From Bugula neritina (lineage: Eukaryota > Animalia > Bryozoa), in the NCBI GenBank assembly GCA_964035545.1, contig OZ037768.1, positions 13,711,675-13,775,674 of the forward strand: 64,000 bases of DNA, in the 5' to 3' direction. Of this stretch, positions 1 to 14,905 are shown piece after piece. Below the pieces are notes generated by a model that was given only the letters and a program-made list of their open reading frames with translations, was not told the DNA's origin and searched no databases. The stretch's first letter is position 1, and every line of letters begins with the position of its first letter. The translations under genes were made by a program, and so were the position numbers.

Positions 1-760
1 CAGCATTGTTTTAGCTGTAGACCATAATGAAATTTTGATCCTAACAATGAGTGGTAATTGATAATGGATCTATAAAGGTTACTGCTAATCATAACGTGTA
101 AGTAACATGAGCCCATAACACTTACAGCACCAGATAAATATTTCCTATGCTGCTGTGCTATTCATTTAGCACATTAATGTAAAGCATTGGTGAAGCAACT
201 TATGAGCCAACATATTTCGTGTTTACTTTGCTCATCCCAAGACTTTTGTTGCATTGGACGCTCATTTTTTACTAAAGTAATATTTTGCTACATCCATTTT
301 ACTATGTAATTAATAAAAAAATCTTTTTCCACTATACACTTCCCAAGCTAGTCAAACTTAAAATATAAATAGCTCACTCATCATTACGCAAGGTCGTCTC
401 TCTATACTTCCAACGGTTATGTAATAATATATACATACATAAGTATCCAGAAAAGTATTTAAAATAGTATAACCTAGTTCGAAAAATACATGAAATACAT
501 TTCATTACAATACACTACTGCATTAGGTTTACGTACTTCAGGTATAGCACAAGCCTAATCTTGTGAATTATTACCAAATAAATGGTTTATCTGTTAATTG
601 AACTTCTTTAGTATTTATTGACAAATATTTTGAGAAGCAACAGCAGAAATACGAGCATAATAAAATAACTCAAAATTTAAACTTTAATTTCAGATTTCAA
701 TTAAAACTTAGCATTATTTATTGTAGAATTTAATAAGTGAGTAATAGTGGTTGTACTAAC

Positions 761-1319
761 CTTTGTTTCATTGTGTTGGTCTACACAATTTTTACACAAA
801 AGTTTGTTGCAATCTAGACACTTAGCGCTAGCTTCTCTGTGTCTTTTGTTGACCAGCTTGCAGAAATCACAGACTTGAAACTTTGATGGTTTCTGTCGAT
901 CAATCACCTCATTCAAGCTTGAAACAAGAAAGTTGTCTGGCAACTTTTTGACACCACCTAGTGGCAAGCTCGTTCTCTTGCGACACAGCGGGCAGGTAAA
1001 CTCTCGATAGTCGCTATACTTCTTATACGATCCCTCAGAGTTTGCATGATTCTCAATGCACTCTTCACAAAATGTATGCAGACAGTCCAAACTCTTGGGG
1101 TTGGTAAATCCCTCCAGACAAATCTTGCAGGTTAAAAACTCATCATGAATTTGTTGAGCTAATACACCACTTTTCGAGCTGGCTGGCATTGTTACTGTTG
1201 AAATAGAAGCGTTTTCGGTTTCTGACTTCTCCGGAGCTGGGGACTTTGAGTGCCTACTCTTAGACCGTCTTAATCTAGATTCCCGTGTATCATCTGCTTC
1301 TAGTCGTGTTCTTCCTTGC
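761..1319 (-). CDS. Exon of a TRIM-family E3 ubiquitin ligase (C3HC4 RING plus start of B-box 1); gene continues left beyond the window
   Basis: CKIC..CLHTFCEEC..CPLC RING followed by LPDNF and CDFC..C..C..LC..C..H B-box. Acceptor CTGCAG before 1319, donor AAG|GTTAGT after 761. Frame is open from the acceptor to the ATG at 1189, so an upstream coding exon may exist. Confidence 0.9.
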
Positions 1320-4274
1320 CTGCAGCGATATTAAATTGTAACTCCACTTTACAATCCTGGTTTTGCATGAAATTTTAAAAGTAATTTAAGTTGTAGCTGG
1401 CTCAAACATATAGTAGTAATTGCCGTAATCTAAATTATTCTGACTCAGTTTTAATTATGAAAAACATGGCTGGCTAGCTTTTTGTAATATAAGGTCACAT
1501 TTAGCTTGTAAGAAAATAAAAAATATCAACATAATAATATTAGTATTTAGTGCTATTAGGGTATGCATGTAATATATTTTTAGACTGATCTTAATAACTT
1601 ACCTTGACATAATACCTCAAAACAAAATTTATTTATATAATTAACAAGCTTGAGATACCAGTTATGTAGAAAACAAACTATTTTCGAAAAAAGCCTACAT
1701 GTTTACAGCTGAATGGTACTACAGTTTTTGCTATGCAGTGATAAATGAAGCAACTGATTCCATAAGCATAGTGAGTTACTAATTAATTGCTGTAAAGAGT
1801 AACATTAGAGATCATTATTCTATAGCCAAAGGCCATTTCCATAAAGGCATACAGGTACTCATATAATACAATAGTACTATATTAATTGGCTAATGAGATA
1901 ATTTCCACAAATAGATTTTTGCTTCATTTTGGTTTTGTCTTGTTTTTCTGTCTGCTTTACAATTATAGAAAAAAAAATCAACTTTTCTACTGTGATTAAT
2001 AAATCTGTTGTAATCCATAAATTGAATAAAAAGTGCCCAAAATACTAAAAACCTATCAAGTGTTTTCAAACTTATTTAAGATATAAATTATAAAGTAACT
2101 CAATAATTAGATTGCATTATATATTGGCAACTATCTCATTGTACTTGCATGTTTTGTTTTGGCAAACATTTCATCAATAAGTTAAATGAGAAAGTAGGTA
2201 AAAATACAAGAAGTTAGCCAAAAGGGTGGGGGGAGGTAATGATGAGGCTCAAATGCATGTGCCAATATAGCAGAGCTAATGAAAATGCAGACCAAAAGGG
2301 TCAGCAATTAGTCAGTTAATTGCCAATATTTCATGACAACACCGCACACACCGCATCTGAATGCACCAGGATCAGACTGATCAGATTAGATTAGACACTT
2401 CAGAAAATTAATCAAAACGAAATTATTTTTATTCAGATTTATAACAAAATAGTGTTTAAAACAAATAGCTTGTATTTAATTAAACTATAAAAGCAAAACA
2501 TATACTCATACTACGCAAAAAATTTTCTTATAAGCATGATAATTTCAGCAAGAAAGCTGCTCCCCTGCTAATCAAGTAGCATACTTTCACTCCAACCCCA
2601 TTAATTGTTTTAAACTCAGAATTGAATAGAAAAAACTAAAAAGATTTATTTTATTTAAATTTATTGTGTACTAGTGACAAATTATTAATATGGTAGCTGA
2701 GAGATCTACAAATACAGTTTACCACAGATATTAGTTTGTTTTAAAAATAAGATGAAGCAATTTTAGTTATGCAAATGAATATGACATAGATAAAAAAAAA
2801 TATTAATAAAGTTCTTTGAAGCACAACAATATAGGTAATATGTAAAATATAGAGTGGCTAAATTGTCTTAGTACAATTTTTTCAATAACAGAAGCATAGT
2901 GTGGAGCATAATACTACCAACTTACCCATATACCCACAGATAAGTTTCTCTATATAAGCAGTATGAGGCGATGATTATGAATGATTCTACAGCTTGCTGA
3001 TTTGCCTTTTTATGATGAAAGCATGATATTATACAACTACAGTAGACAGCTAATGTAGTGACCTCTGTTATGCATTTTATGTCTTACCTCAGCCCTGCCT
3101 GTTGTATACACAAGTGGTGTACAGCATATTGCAGGACTAATGCATTGTCTATATGCTCTACTAGCACCTATTGTAATACAATAGATAAACACACTTCTGT
3201 ATTATATTTGTATTATATATGCTAATGAGGAGAAGTCTTGAATTCAATATAATCTGTTGTGGGCCTTCTATTTTGCTAAGTAGTACACAGGGGCTGCTTG
3301 CAGTTTGCATGAACTTTTTTGTTTCTCACGTGTTTTATAAATTTTGAGACTGTAGAAAACTTTTCCCAAAGCTGGCCTGCATAGCAAAACTTTAATAGGT
3401 ATTAAGCTTTCTGCCAAATTAAGGTTGCATGCAACTTTTATGTCACCTTATTACTTGTAACCATTTTTGCAGAATACAATGCTTTACAGCTCAGAGTAGG
3501 ATTTTTTGCTTGAACCCAGGATATTCTAGTTCGAAAGGTTAGCTGTTGCATTATATACTGATGGTTTTAAAAGTCTTATGATAAATTTAAAGCTCATGAA
3601 TAATGGGATGACTATTTAGGAGCAGTAGTGGAGAAATTGAGATAGCCTAAGCTCTTTAATTTTATTATTAAATTTTGGTTTGAGGCTCGGGTTGAAAGTC
3701 TGGCGAGAACATAATTTCTTATGCTACATTTCTAATCTAGAGGACAGGCTTTTCTCAATTTCTCCCTTACTGCACCTACGTCGAGATGACAGGTACCAAA
3801 TAAATTATTATTTTTTACCTTAAGGCTTAGTTAGATTGAGCTGCCATGCATCACATTCAAATATCACAATACTTAAATTTGATTAAAATGATTATTATTA
3901 TAGCATTCCAACAAATATTGTTTTGTTTTATTGGAGAATTATATAGAGTTTAGATGATAATAAGCATAATTATAAAGTTGGCAAAATCTTAGTCTAGCCC
4001 ACGGAGCTATGCTATCTATCAAGATAGTTTATCAAAGTTATATTTATAGGAGTTGTCTCCTTTAAAGTTTAAAAATAGATAATTGCCTTTTAATTTATCG
4101 GCTGTTTATAATATGATTATTAGCTAAAATACTGCATCAAAGTTCCGATTATTACCAGACTGTTGTTATTCTAACAATCATATGCTATCGTACAACAAAT
4201 AACTGCTATAAATTATAAAAATAAAGGAAGTTATAGTTCAATGTTATATTAATATATTATAATTTTATAAATAT

Positions 4275-4412
4275 AGCTCATAGTGATACTGATAGTCATA
4301 CTCATAGTGGTAGTATTAGTCGCATACTGATTTTAATAGTCACAGTGATATTTATACTGATAGTCATAGTGATATTCACACTGACACTGATACTCATAGT
4401 CATAGTCATACT
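4275..4412. repeat. Degenerate hexamer array (GATAGT/CATACT-type)
   Basis: 6-bp periodic units such as catagt gatact gatagt catact. Confidence 0.8.
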
Positions 4413-5122
4413 CATACCTGTCGATACCTGTCGATGTTATTTCCACACTGGACCTCCCTAGAGGGAAGAAGGGGTGTGCCTCATATAAAAAACTAAGTTG
4501 TCAGTACTTGGACAGTAATCTAAAAAGTGTTAACATTCTTGTGCAGATTAACTTAACAGGCTAACTACTAACTAGCCTGTCTGTGTGTGATCAGTGCTGA
4601 TCCTCATATCTCTTATTGTTCTTGGGAGAAAACTATAAAGATACCCATTCCTGTTCGCTCTCACTGATCTGGGAAATCCTGCAACCTGAGACCGAGTCTG
4701 TACAGTGCTTGTGGTCCGCTGATCTAGAAAATCATCATAGGCAGCACTCAGAGTTGGATGTAGTTCTTCCTTAGACAATATTTTTAGGAGAAGGCTGATG
4801 CGTCGGTTTTTCCTCCTTAGATCAAGCGGCTCCAAACCCAGCTTTTTCATCTCTTCCCCAATATCAGTTCTTCCTTTGCTGTTAGAGATAAAACGCACAG
4901 CACATGTTTGAACATTCTCCATTATATTTATATGATTTTTGCTAGATGGGTCCCAGGCTGCACTGGCATATTCCAAGTGTGGGAGACAGAGGGCTTTGTA
5001 GGCAATAAGCTTTGCTCTCCTGGGGGCCCAGTAGAGTGAACGTTTTATCATACTTAATTGCCGTTTTGCAACAAGAACCTTTTTTAGGATGTGTTGGTCA
5101 AATTTACAGTCTGACTGCAGTG
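4413..5122 (-). mobile_element. 5'-truncated non-LTR retrotransposon (CR1/L2-group LINE): C-terminal end of ORF2, 3' UTR and tandem-repeat tail
   Basis: ORF 4572..5051 has the post-RT motifs YKALCLPHLEYASAAWDP, ENVQTCAVRFI, LGLEPLDLRR, YSFLPRTIRD. Frame stays open to about 5120, then abuts the hexamer array. 3' end is a repeated ATCGACAGGT unit, not poly(A). Confidence 0.85.
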
Positions 5123-5365
5123 ATAGTGATAGTGATACTGATAGTGATACTCATACTGATAGTGATACTGATAGTGATAGTCAATAACTGAATAAGTCAT
5201 AGTGATAGTGATAGTGATGCTCACAGTCACTTAGTAAGTTAGTAAGACTTAGACTAAGTGACTTAGTCTTACCGTTACACTTACTCTTAGTCTTACAGTT
5301 ACACTTACTCATAGTTCATACTCATAGTCAATGTCATAGTCATACTCATACTCACTAGTCTGTAG
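5123..5365. repeat. Degenerate hexamer array (GATAGT/CATACT-type)
   Basis: Run of gatagt/gatact/catact units. Confidence 0.8.
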
Positions 5366-5387
5366 TCATATCATTGTCGGTACATAC

Positions 5388-5934
5388 CAGGGTTGGGGTA
5401 ATTCACTAATCAGTAATTGTAATTTGTAATTGTAATTGGTTGTAATTAATTACATTTTTTCAAGTAATTGAATGTAATTTGTAATACTAATTGATGTATA
5501 AAAATGTAATTGTAATTAATTACATTGTGATTGCTAATGTAATTGAATTTTACAATTACTTTATAATTACATAACAATTACTTCAAATTTTTAAATCTTA
5601 GAAAATTCATATTTTCCTGCCTTGCCTACTGTTTAATAAAAATGTCAGAATAATTTAATGCCGTATATATCACCCTATTGGCCTATTCGTTACTGTTGAG
5701 AACAAGGAAGAGTTTCCGCTGTCAAAATTGCCCTGGGTAGTTGGACCCCAGAAGTGAGATTATATAACTTTTATTTGTCTCTTGTGAGAACAAAAGTAAT
5801 TGTAATTGTAATTAATTACATTACCATGTAATTGTAATTAATTGCACTGTTTTCAATTGTAATTGTAATTGACAAATTCTCATGTAATTGTAATTGTAAT
5901 TAATTACATTCATACGTAATTGACCTCAACCCTG
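5388..5934. mobile_element. Non-autonomous hAT-type MITE, 547 bp
   Basis: TIRs CAGGGTTGGGGTAATT and AATTGACCTCAACCCTG. Exact 8-bp TSD GTACATAC at 5380-5387 and 5935-5942. Many subterminal GTAATT/AATTAC repeats. Confidence 0.9.
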
Positions 5935-5944
5935 GTACATACTG

Positions 5945-6195
5945 AAAGTGATAGTAAATCTAATTACTATTAGTATTAGTATTATGATTAGTTATTACCA
6001 TCAGTATCATAGTGATGGTCATAGTAAATGTCATACTGATGCTCATACTATCACACTGATGCTCATACTGATATTTACTTACAGTTACTGATAGTGATAC
6101 CCATAGTTCATACTAATACAGTAATAGCGATACTGATAGTATTAGTATTACTATTAGTAATAGTATGAGTATCAGTAATACTAATAAGTAATAAC
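5945..6195. repeat. Degenerate hexamer array
   Basis: attagt/gatagt/catact periodic units. Confidence 0.75.
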
Positions 6196-6289
6196 ATTAA
6201 CTGTAATTCATGGCTGTAAGAGCAATATTTTTAATTGCTGTTGGTGTTATGTCATTTTTTTCTATTTTTAACTGTATTTATAAGACTAA

Positions 6290-6632
6290 GCCTAGGGCCA
6301 CACGGTGCGTATTTTCGCATGCGAAAATTGAAATCACAAGTAGCAAAGGTGTCCACTGTGCGCGTTGAGAAAACCTTCGCACTTGTCGCTCTGCATTTTC
6401 AACGCAAGTGCGAATCGTCTCTGTCGTCGTCACCTAATTGGCTGGTAGCTATTCAGCGAGCCCAATTTCTTTATTTAGTGCTATATTCCAGTAAATTGCG
6501 TTTTATTGAAAGCGAGTGCGATTTAAAAATGAAAGCTTTATTCATCACGCATCACTGACGCTACAGTGGACGCCTTTGCTACTCGTGATTTTAATTTTCG
6601 CATGCGAAAATACGCACCGTGTGGCCCTAGGC
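6290..6632. mobile_element. PIF/Harbinger (Tourist-like) MITE, 343 bp
   Basis: About 70-bp near-perfect TIRs (GCCTAGGGCCACACGGTGCGTATTTTCGCATGCGAAAATT...). 3-bp TAA TSD at 6287-6289 and 6633-6635. Confidence 0.85.
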
Positions 6633-6987
6633 TAAAAGTAGGGAAGCCTTCAAAACGAGTTATGCAATTGACATTCAGGGATTCAAATTGTCATTGTGAC
6701 TGTCCTTTGTATTATACCTCTAATTGTACTTCAATGTCTACCAGTATTACTGATAGTACTATTATTCAGTATGTTCCTATGTCTACTAGTGTCTAGTAGA
6801 CCCAGTATCAACATTATTATAAATATTACCAATCATGCGACTATTGGTAAGAATAAATGTAGTTAGTAGGTACCTCTACATTTACTGCTTCACAATCATA
6901 ATTGTTTTAAATATTCAACATGATTATATCAGTGAGGATCAATTTGTCAAAATCTTATTAATTTCATACTGTTGGATTTTTTATAAG

Positions 6988-8778
<1,791 letters not shown>

Positions 8779-9204
8779 TTGATGTTGACTTTTCAACTTG
8801 CTATTTAAGCTGCTAGTAGTCTCTTTAAATATATCATTCAGCATAGATGAAATATTATGATTTTAATTATAATATAATTTCATTTATAGTATAATTATAA
8901 TTTCCTTTATCTTACTAATACATTGATTAATTTTTCTGCAATGCTAGATATTGTATAATAAATTTATACTCTCACATATATTACACACACTGAAAATGTA
9001 TTGTTGGTCTCTTTGTTTATGTACAATTTTTCAACTCAATAATTTTTAAAGCTGACCTCTTGAAATATAGTTGCTAAAAAATAACATCAAAATAAAATAA
9101 CTAATAAAGTGACTAAGAACAGCTCAACAACTTCTGCTTCTAAATGCTATCACATGAAAGATTCCTTGCTGTGCTTGTACTTATTGTAGATGACCAAGCG
9201 TTAC

Positions 9205-9395
9205 CATTTGAGATAGCTATAAAAAAGAACTGGATTTACATAGTTGATAAATGGAAATGAATGGTTCATGCTTTTTGAATTTGTATGTTTTTCTCCATCG
9301 TAGGCCATGAACACATTATTTTTGTAGTGCATAATTAATTTTACTTGTTGGCATCAACGGCTTTTTTAGATTGATTTAGATTTTAGAACGTATCA
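9205..9395 (+). pseudogene. Decayed partial duplicate of OTUD5 exon 2 and probably part of the following intron
   Basis: catttgagatagctataaaaaagaactggatttacata..atggaaatgaatggttcatgctt aligns to 11011-11080 (catttgagatagctttaaaaaaagaattggggttacatattcgccagatggaaatggatggttcatgctt) with indels. Weaker similarity continues into intron-like sequence. Confidence 0.75.
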
Positions 9396-9915
9396 GCTCA
9401 TTAGCCGAGGCTCCAAACCACAAGCTCATGCAAATGTTAAATACAATAATCATTTCTTGACATAATAACACGTTCTTTCCGAGTTACCATCTCTCTAATT
9501 CCAGAGAGCGAAATTCCCTAAACAACAAAAGTCGATAATCAGTATCATATTTTTTTTTATAGATTTTGTGTCGCAAATTTTATTACCATTTTAATAAAAT
9601 ATTTGAACATTTTTCTAAAATATTCTTTAAATTTAAACTAAAATATAAATAACTACTATAGTTAGCTTCCGTTGGATTGTTAAAGGGTTTTCTACGGAAC
9701 ATTGAGATAATTCGACGCAGCCGTAGTCATATTCATAGTGATATTAATAATCCTACTAGTAAATGGTAATAACTTTCATATTGACATTTATATTATTTAC
9801 TCTAACCTGGCAGCAACACTCATATTTGTCACTAAACCCACTGTTGTTTGGCAAATACGAAACTGTGAAAGTTTTATTTTATCAGGTATTAAACTTTGAG
9901 TGTTTTAGTTCTAAA

Positions 9916-12900
9916 ATGACTATTCTTCCTCATCGTGAACGAAGCAAACGACGACTAGAACAAAGAGATGTGGAATCGTCGCAGCAATTTGAGTTAATAG
10001 AGAGAGGGCAGCAAAATTCTACTACTTCTTTAGAAGGTCAAACTTTATCGCCACACGGACATTCTTCAACCAGTCAACTCCAAGTGGAACCTCCCCATTT
10101 AAACCTAAGTCAAAATGTAGGGCTGAACAGCTCGCTATTTGGTGTTCATCATCATCATGCTCATACTCATAATCAGCGTCTTGCCCCTAATAATTGCAAC
10201 TCAAAAGGATTCGGACATTCTCTTAGAAACGAAAATGTCTCTTTGAGAGCTCACACTCACACTGCTTTAGGTGTAGACAGTATAAGTAAATCGAGAAGAG
10301 GGTCAGCATCGCTACGTCCTCCTGTAAGTGTAGGTGTAACTCACAGTCATGCTAACTCTAAGAGTAAGAGTTCGAATGTCAGCCTAGATGATAAGTTTAC
10401 CCCATCCTGTAAAAAAAGCAAACGTTCCAAGACTAATGTAAAATCAAAACGACGTCAAACCTATAACAGTAATACTAATAGTGGTAGGCCTATGGAGGCT
10501 TTAGAATTATCCTTTGATTATTCCTCACACCAAGTTCATGACAATCAACATCAACCGTCCCATTCAAAATCAGGAAAAAGTTCATTTACTTATGCTCCAT
10601 TTATACAAAGTGCAGGATCAACTATTCAACAATCTCGACAAATATTAATACCAACAACTTCAACAATGTCTCCAATAGCTCAACATTCGCCAAAGATTTT
10701 GGGTGGAGCCCAGCAAAAATCTGGTCCAGGTCGAAGGACCGAAAGTCCAGAAAGTGATGTGAACAGTGGCGATGAGCACCAATCGGCAGCTTCTCCTGGT
10801 GGCTGTAATAGTGAAGATGAACATGTACCTACCCACCAAGCTGGCTATACAGAAGAGGTGGGTTCTTCAGCATCAACCATTTGAAATTCTGTTATCATTG
10901 TTGCTCTAAATTAGTCTCATGTAGCCATTATCACTGTATAGTATGTTCTTCAATATTTTCTTAGCTGGGTGTATTTTATTGTACTATTTATAATTTGCAG
11001 CTGGAAAACACATTTGAGATAGCTTTAAAAAAAGAATTGGGGTTACATATTCGCCAGATGGAAATGGATGGTTCATGCTTGTTTCGAGCTATAGGTTTGT
11101 TATTTACTAATTGTTGCAAATATATAGTTAACTCAACATAGATTTTTGTATATGCATATGATAGTTGTTGTTTGTAAATGCTATATAAAAAACATCAACT
11201 GGTAATTTATAAATGCTTTCTATTTTAGCCGATCAAGTTTATGGTAACCAAGATATGCATGACTTAGTCAGGAGACAATGCATTGATTACATGGTTAGTA
11301 GCTTTTGTTTAGTCTTAGCTTTTTAAATTACAATATGTTCTCACAATGTTTAATAACTTGGTGAGTATTGACTATTGCGTATTTTAGGCTAAAAACAGTG
11401 ATCACTTTTCACAATATGTCACTGAAGATTTCAGCACCTATTTACACAGAAAAAGGCAGCTTGGTTGCCACGGGAATCACATTGAGGTTCAAGCATTATC
11501 TGAAATGTTTAGTAGACCCATTGAAGTTTATCAATATGATTTGAGTAAGTTGCACTCAGATCTGATTATTGAATTAATTTGTGAAAGCCTACCTGATAAA
11601 TTTGGTCATTTTATTTATTTAGTACACTCTATATCTGTAGTTTTTACCCATTTTTCACAAATTAGCTGCTAATGTATACGGTTTCTTGCACTAAACTAAT
11701 AGAATGGTAACAAATACAGCCGAATAATTGAGATTTTTTTTCAAGTTTTGTTGGTTTGCTATATTTTTTCCAAATTCTTTAGTAAATTGGTATGTGCAAA
11801 GGTGATGGTTTTTCATCACGTCCCCACATATATATTTGAAGCTCATATGACAATGACAAAGTGCGCTTTAATGTTGGGGAATTCCCTCCCAGCCTTTTTG
11901 TTATGCATAATTAGAATCAGCAGGTAAAAATACCCTATATAGTAAATTTCAATGAATTTTGAGCAAACTTTAATGTTTGGTCATAATTTGCTGATGTGTA
12001 CTAAATAAAGTGAAGTGACCCAATTATTGCTCCAAGTGAAGTGTCAATGTGTGTAGCTGCAAACTGTTGGCTATAGATCTGATATGTTCTGTTATTCAAT
12101 ATACTGTCATATACTCTGATTTAGAACCGATAAATATTTTCCACGGTACATATACGGCAGAGTCAGCATGCCCGATACGCATTAGTTATCACCGAAATAC
12201 TCATTACAACTCTCTGTATGATCCTGAAAAGCCAACAGTTGGTGTAGGGCTTGGTTTATCAGACTACAAGCCTAGGGTGAGTATTTTATAAACCATAATT
12301 TTCAAGTTACTAGTGTTTCTTATTTTGAAACACTTAAAATAACATTATTTCCAATAGCATCGGTATTGAAATGTAATTATTTAATACTCCGTGTACTGTA
12401 TGATTATATGTTGATGAAGTTGTGTAAAAATTTGTGTTTTATTCATGTTCTTTTACCCAGTTTTTTTTTCCAAAAGGATTTTGGTTTATGCAAACAGTTA
12501 CCTCTAAAGTTTTGCACACTAGACATCATTGTTCTGAAATCATTCAATACACTAATTTCTGCAGTTGGTGGAGAAGAATCTTTTAACAGAAGTGGCAACT
12601 TCCTCGGAAAATTATCAGATAGAGCAGGTGAACTCTACATATGACCCCTGTTCCGTAAACTGTTCTCTTTTTATATAGTTATAATTTTAGAATTGTGTAA
12701 ATAAACATTGTTGGAGAATTTACTTAATGTTTTTACTTATGTAAGACTTTAAATTATTTCATATTGTTATGCTTATGAAAGTACCATTGACAATCGAAAT
12801 GTAGTTTTCAACACATGACCAAACTATGTTCCCAATTTGCATCTTGTATTCTTTAGAATGAGATTTTTGTGCTTTTTCGTGATGATGTGTGTGCCTCTCA

Positions 12901-14905
12901 TTAGGCTATGCTAGATGATAAGTTGAGGGAAACTGACTGGGAAATAACAGATGAAACTATTAGAGAGCAAGTTGCTAAAGAGTCGTATGCTCAATGGCTG
13001 CAGGATTGCCAGAAAAAGAAGCGACGCACACCTGTACGGTTTTTTCTTATTCTAATAAAAAAAATCTGGTATTCACATAATCAATATAAAATTATACAAT
13101 ACATATAAAGCATAATATATATTTTATTTTAACATTTTTCTCGAATTGTTTCAATCTAAAAAGAAAGTTGACTAAAATTAGTACATTACATGTTGCCTGT
13201 TGAGTAAAATAATCAAGTTGTTCTATAAGCAGCTCCCAGTTGGGGGTGACTGAGTGCAGCAGTTTGGGGGTTCTTGAGCTTGAAGTTCGGGGTTTCACTA
13301 AACCCCAACTCCAAACTGCTGCACTCAGTCACCCCCAACTGGAAGCTGCTAATTGAACAATTCAAAATAGTCAGCTTGAATCAAAACCTTAGAAAAACCA
13401 CATTTTCTTTAATTTTAAAGAAATAGTAAGAAGCTCAACAACATTTTGTACTTTTTAAAATTTATATTATAGAAAATATTGTGACTTTTTTCTCAGCTAA
13501 TAAGTAGACTGTAAAGTCTGATCTGATGATTGTAATCTTGTTTGTGATTTGTGTAGGCTTGCACTGTCACTGGGCCATCATGTAGCTGGGGTTCTGAAGA
13601 GACAAGTAATTGGATAGAAAAACTTTCTCCCTCGGGTTCTCCTTCAAGGTCCCATGCTAATACACACTCTCCCAAAGAAAAACCTGCCAATTATAGTAAG
13701 TGTACATTTTATTGGGAATATACTTGATTATTTTTCAGATGTTGCGGATTAAATGATGAATAAAAAAACTTCAATATTTGCATTCATGGAAGCCATCATA
13801 GATGTGTGCTATGCATGTGTTTGCTCACCATTAGTTCACAACTTATGCATTTCAGTACAGTTTTAGAGCACTTTATTGTTGATTAATCTTATGGTATTGA
13901 GTTTTATTACAAAACAGCAAGGTGTGAAGACTTGACTTCTATTAATGTGATTGATCTTATTCGTGTTTTTAGAAGGCAGTAGTAGCAGCAGCAAAAAATC
14001 TGACATTGCTTGTGGTGGTGAAGATCAACCATCTTCCAGTGCTGATTTGTCTCAACAAACATCTGCTTTTTTTGATGCTGAGCCATTTAATGTGTTTAGT
14101 AAGTAATCCTTCTACTGAGAATATTTTAATGAAAGTTGAAAAGCACACAGTATAAGTGTATATGCAAGTGCCCTCCTTGTTGGTGCAGGGAATGGAGTGC
14201 CAATTTTTGAATCAATAATAATAGTAAGTTTCATAATAAAAATTTTTTGAAATGGAACTACATATTAGCAAGCTATGGATTGGACTAGATTTAGTTTTCA
14301 TCATGAAAGTTTTTGAAACCGGTAACTTTTACTAATTTGCCATAGCTGTAGCTGGCATAAAATAACTTGGCTTATTGTTATTATTTCGAGTGAATTGTTT
14401 TAAAATTTTGATTTGAATAAGTTCATTGAGAATTGTAGAAGTTAAATTTACCTAATGATTAGCTTATGCTATTGGATTAATAACATTGATGTCTTGAAGA
14501 TTGTGAAATCTCAATGTATTATGATTTACTAAGCTAGTTTTAGTACATTTAATAAGTTTATCTTGTATTGCAATGATATATAATTGAATTAGCAATATCC
14601 AGTTTATGCTCAGCCGAGTTGCTGCAAGGGACATAACTACTCAGTTTTGTTGAATGTTTTGGCCTTTGTTAAATAGCTTGTGATAATATTCGACATTAGT
14701 GACTATCTCAATTATATTTTGACAAAGTCAGTTTGAAATAGCCGTTACCAAGTTTGCATATATCTATAATTACTCGTATGTTTGACTTTCAAGTGTTTGT
14801 AATATTTTTGCAGATTTCAATGATAACATAGATGAGAGTGAGGCAGTAGCAAGGGCAATAGCAGAAAGTCAACAAGAGTATATAAATCAAGTTCTCAAGA
14901 AATAA
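9916..14905 (+). CDS. OTUD5: OTU-domain deubiquitinase OTUD5/DUBA
   Basis: Starts MTILP like vertebrate OTUD5. Exons 9916-10857, 11001-11094, 11229-11293, 11388-11544, 12125-12276, 12565-12627, 12905-13033, 13557-13695, 13973-14098, 14814-14905. Contains NSEDE phosphosite motif, catalytic [38 protein letters not shown] and C-terminal UIM ([11 protein letters not shown]). Confidence 0.95.
13218..13360. mobile_element. Palindromic dispersed repeat (MITE-like) in an OTUD5 intron
   Basis: About 50-bp inverted arms AGCAGCTCCCAGTTGGGGGTGACTGAGTGCAGCAGTTTGG and CCAAACTGCTGCACTCAGTCACCCCCAACTGGAAGCTGCT. Diverged related units at 21188-21350. Confidence 0.7.

Noticed and set aside
3088-3167. Possible upstream TRIM exon (minus strand, GAG|GTAAGA donor, phase-compatible)
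   Set aside because: No recognisable protein motif and a weak acceptor; cannot be supported without transcripts.
6235-6796. ORFs of 107 and 76 aa
   Set aside because: They run through the palindromic MITE; the shared MRK/FRMRK text comes from the TIRs.
9763-9915. Signal-peptide-like N-terminal extension of the OTUD5 ORF
   Set aside because: The conserved start is MTILP at 9916; the upstream part is probably a 5' UTR intron (GT 9766 to AG 9885).
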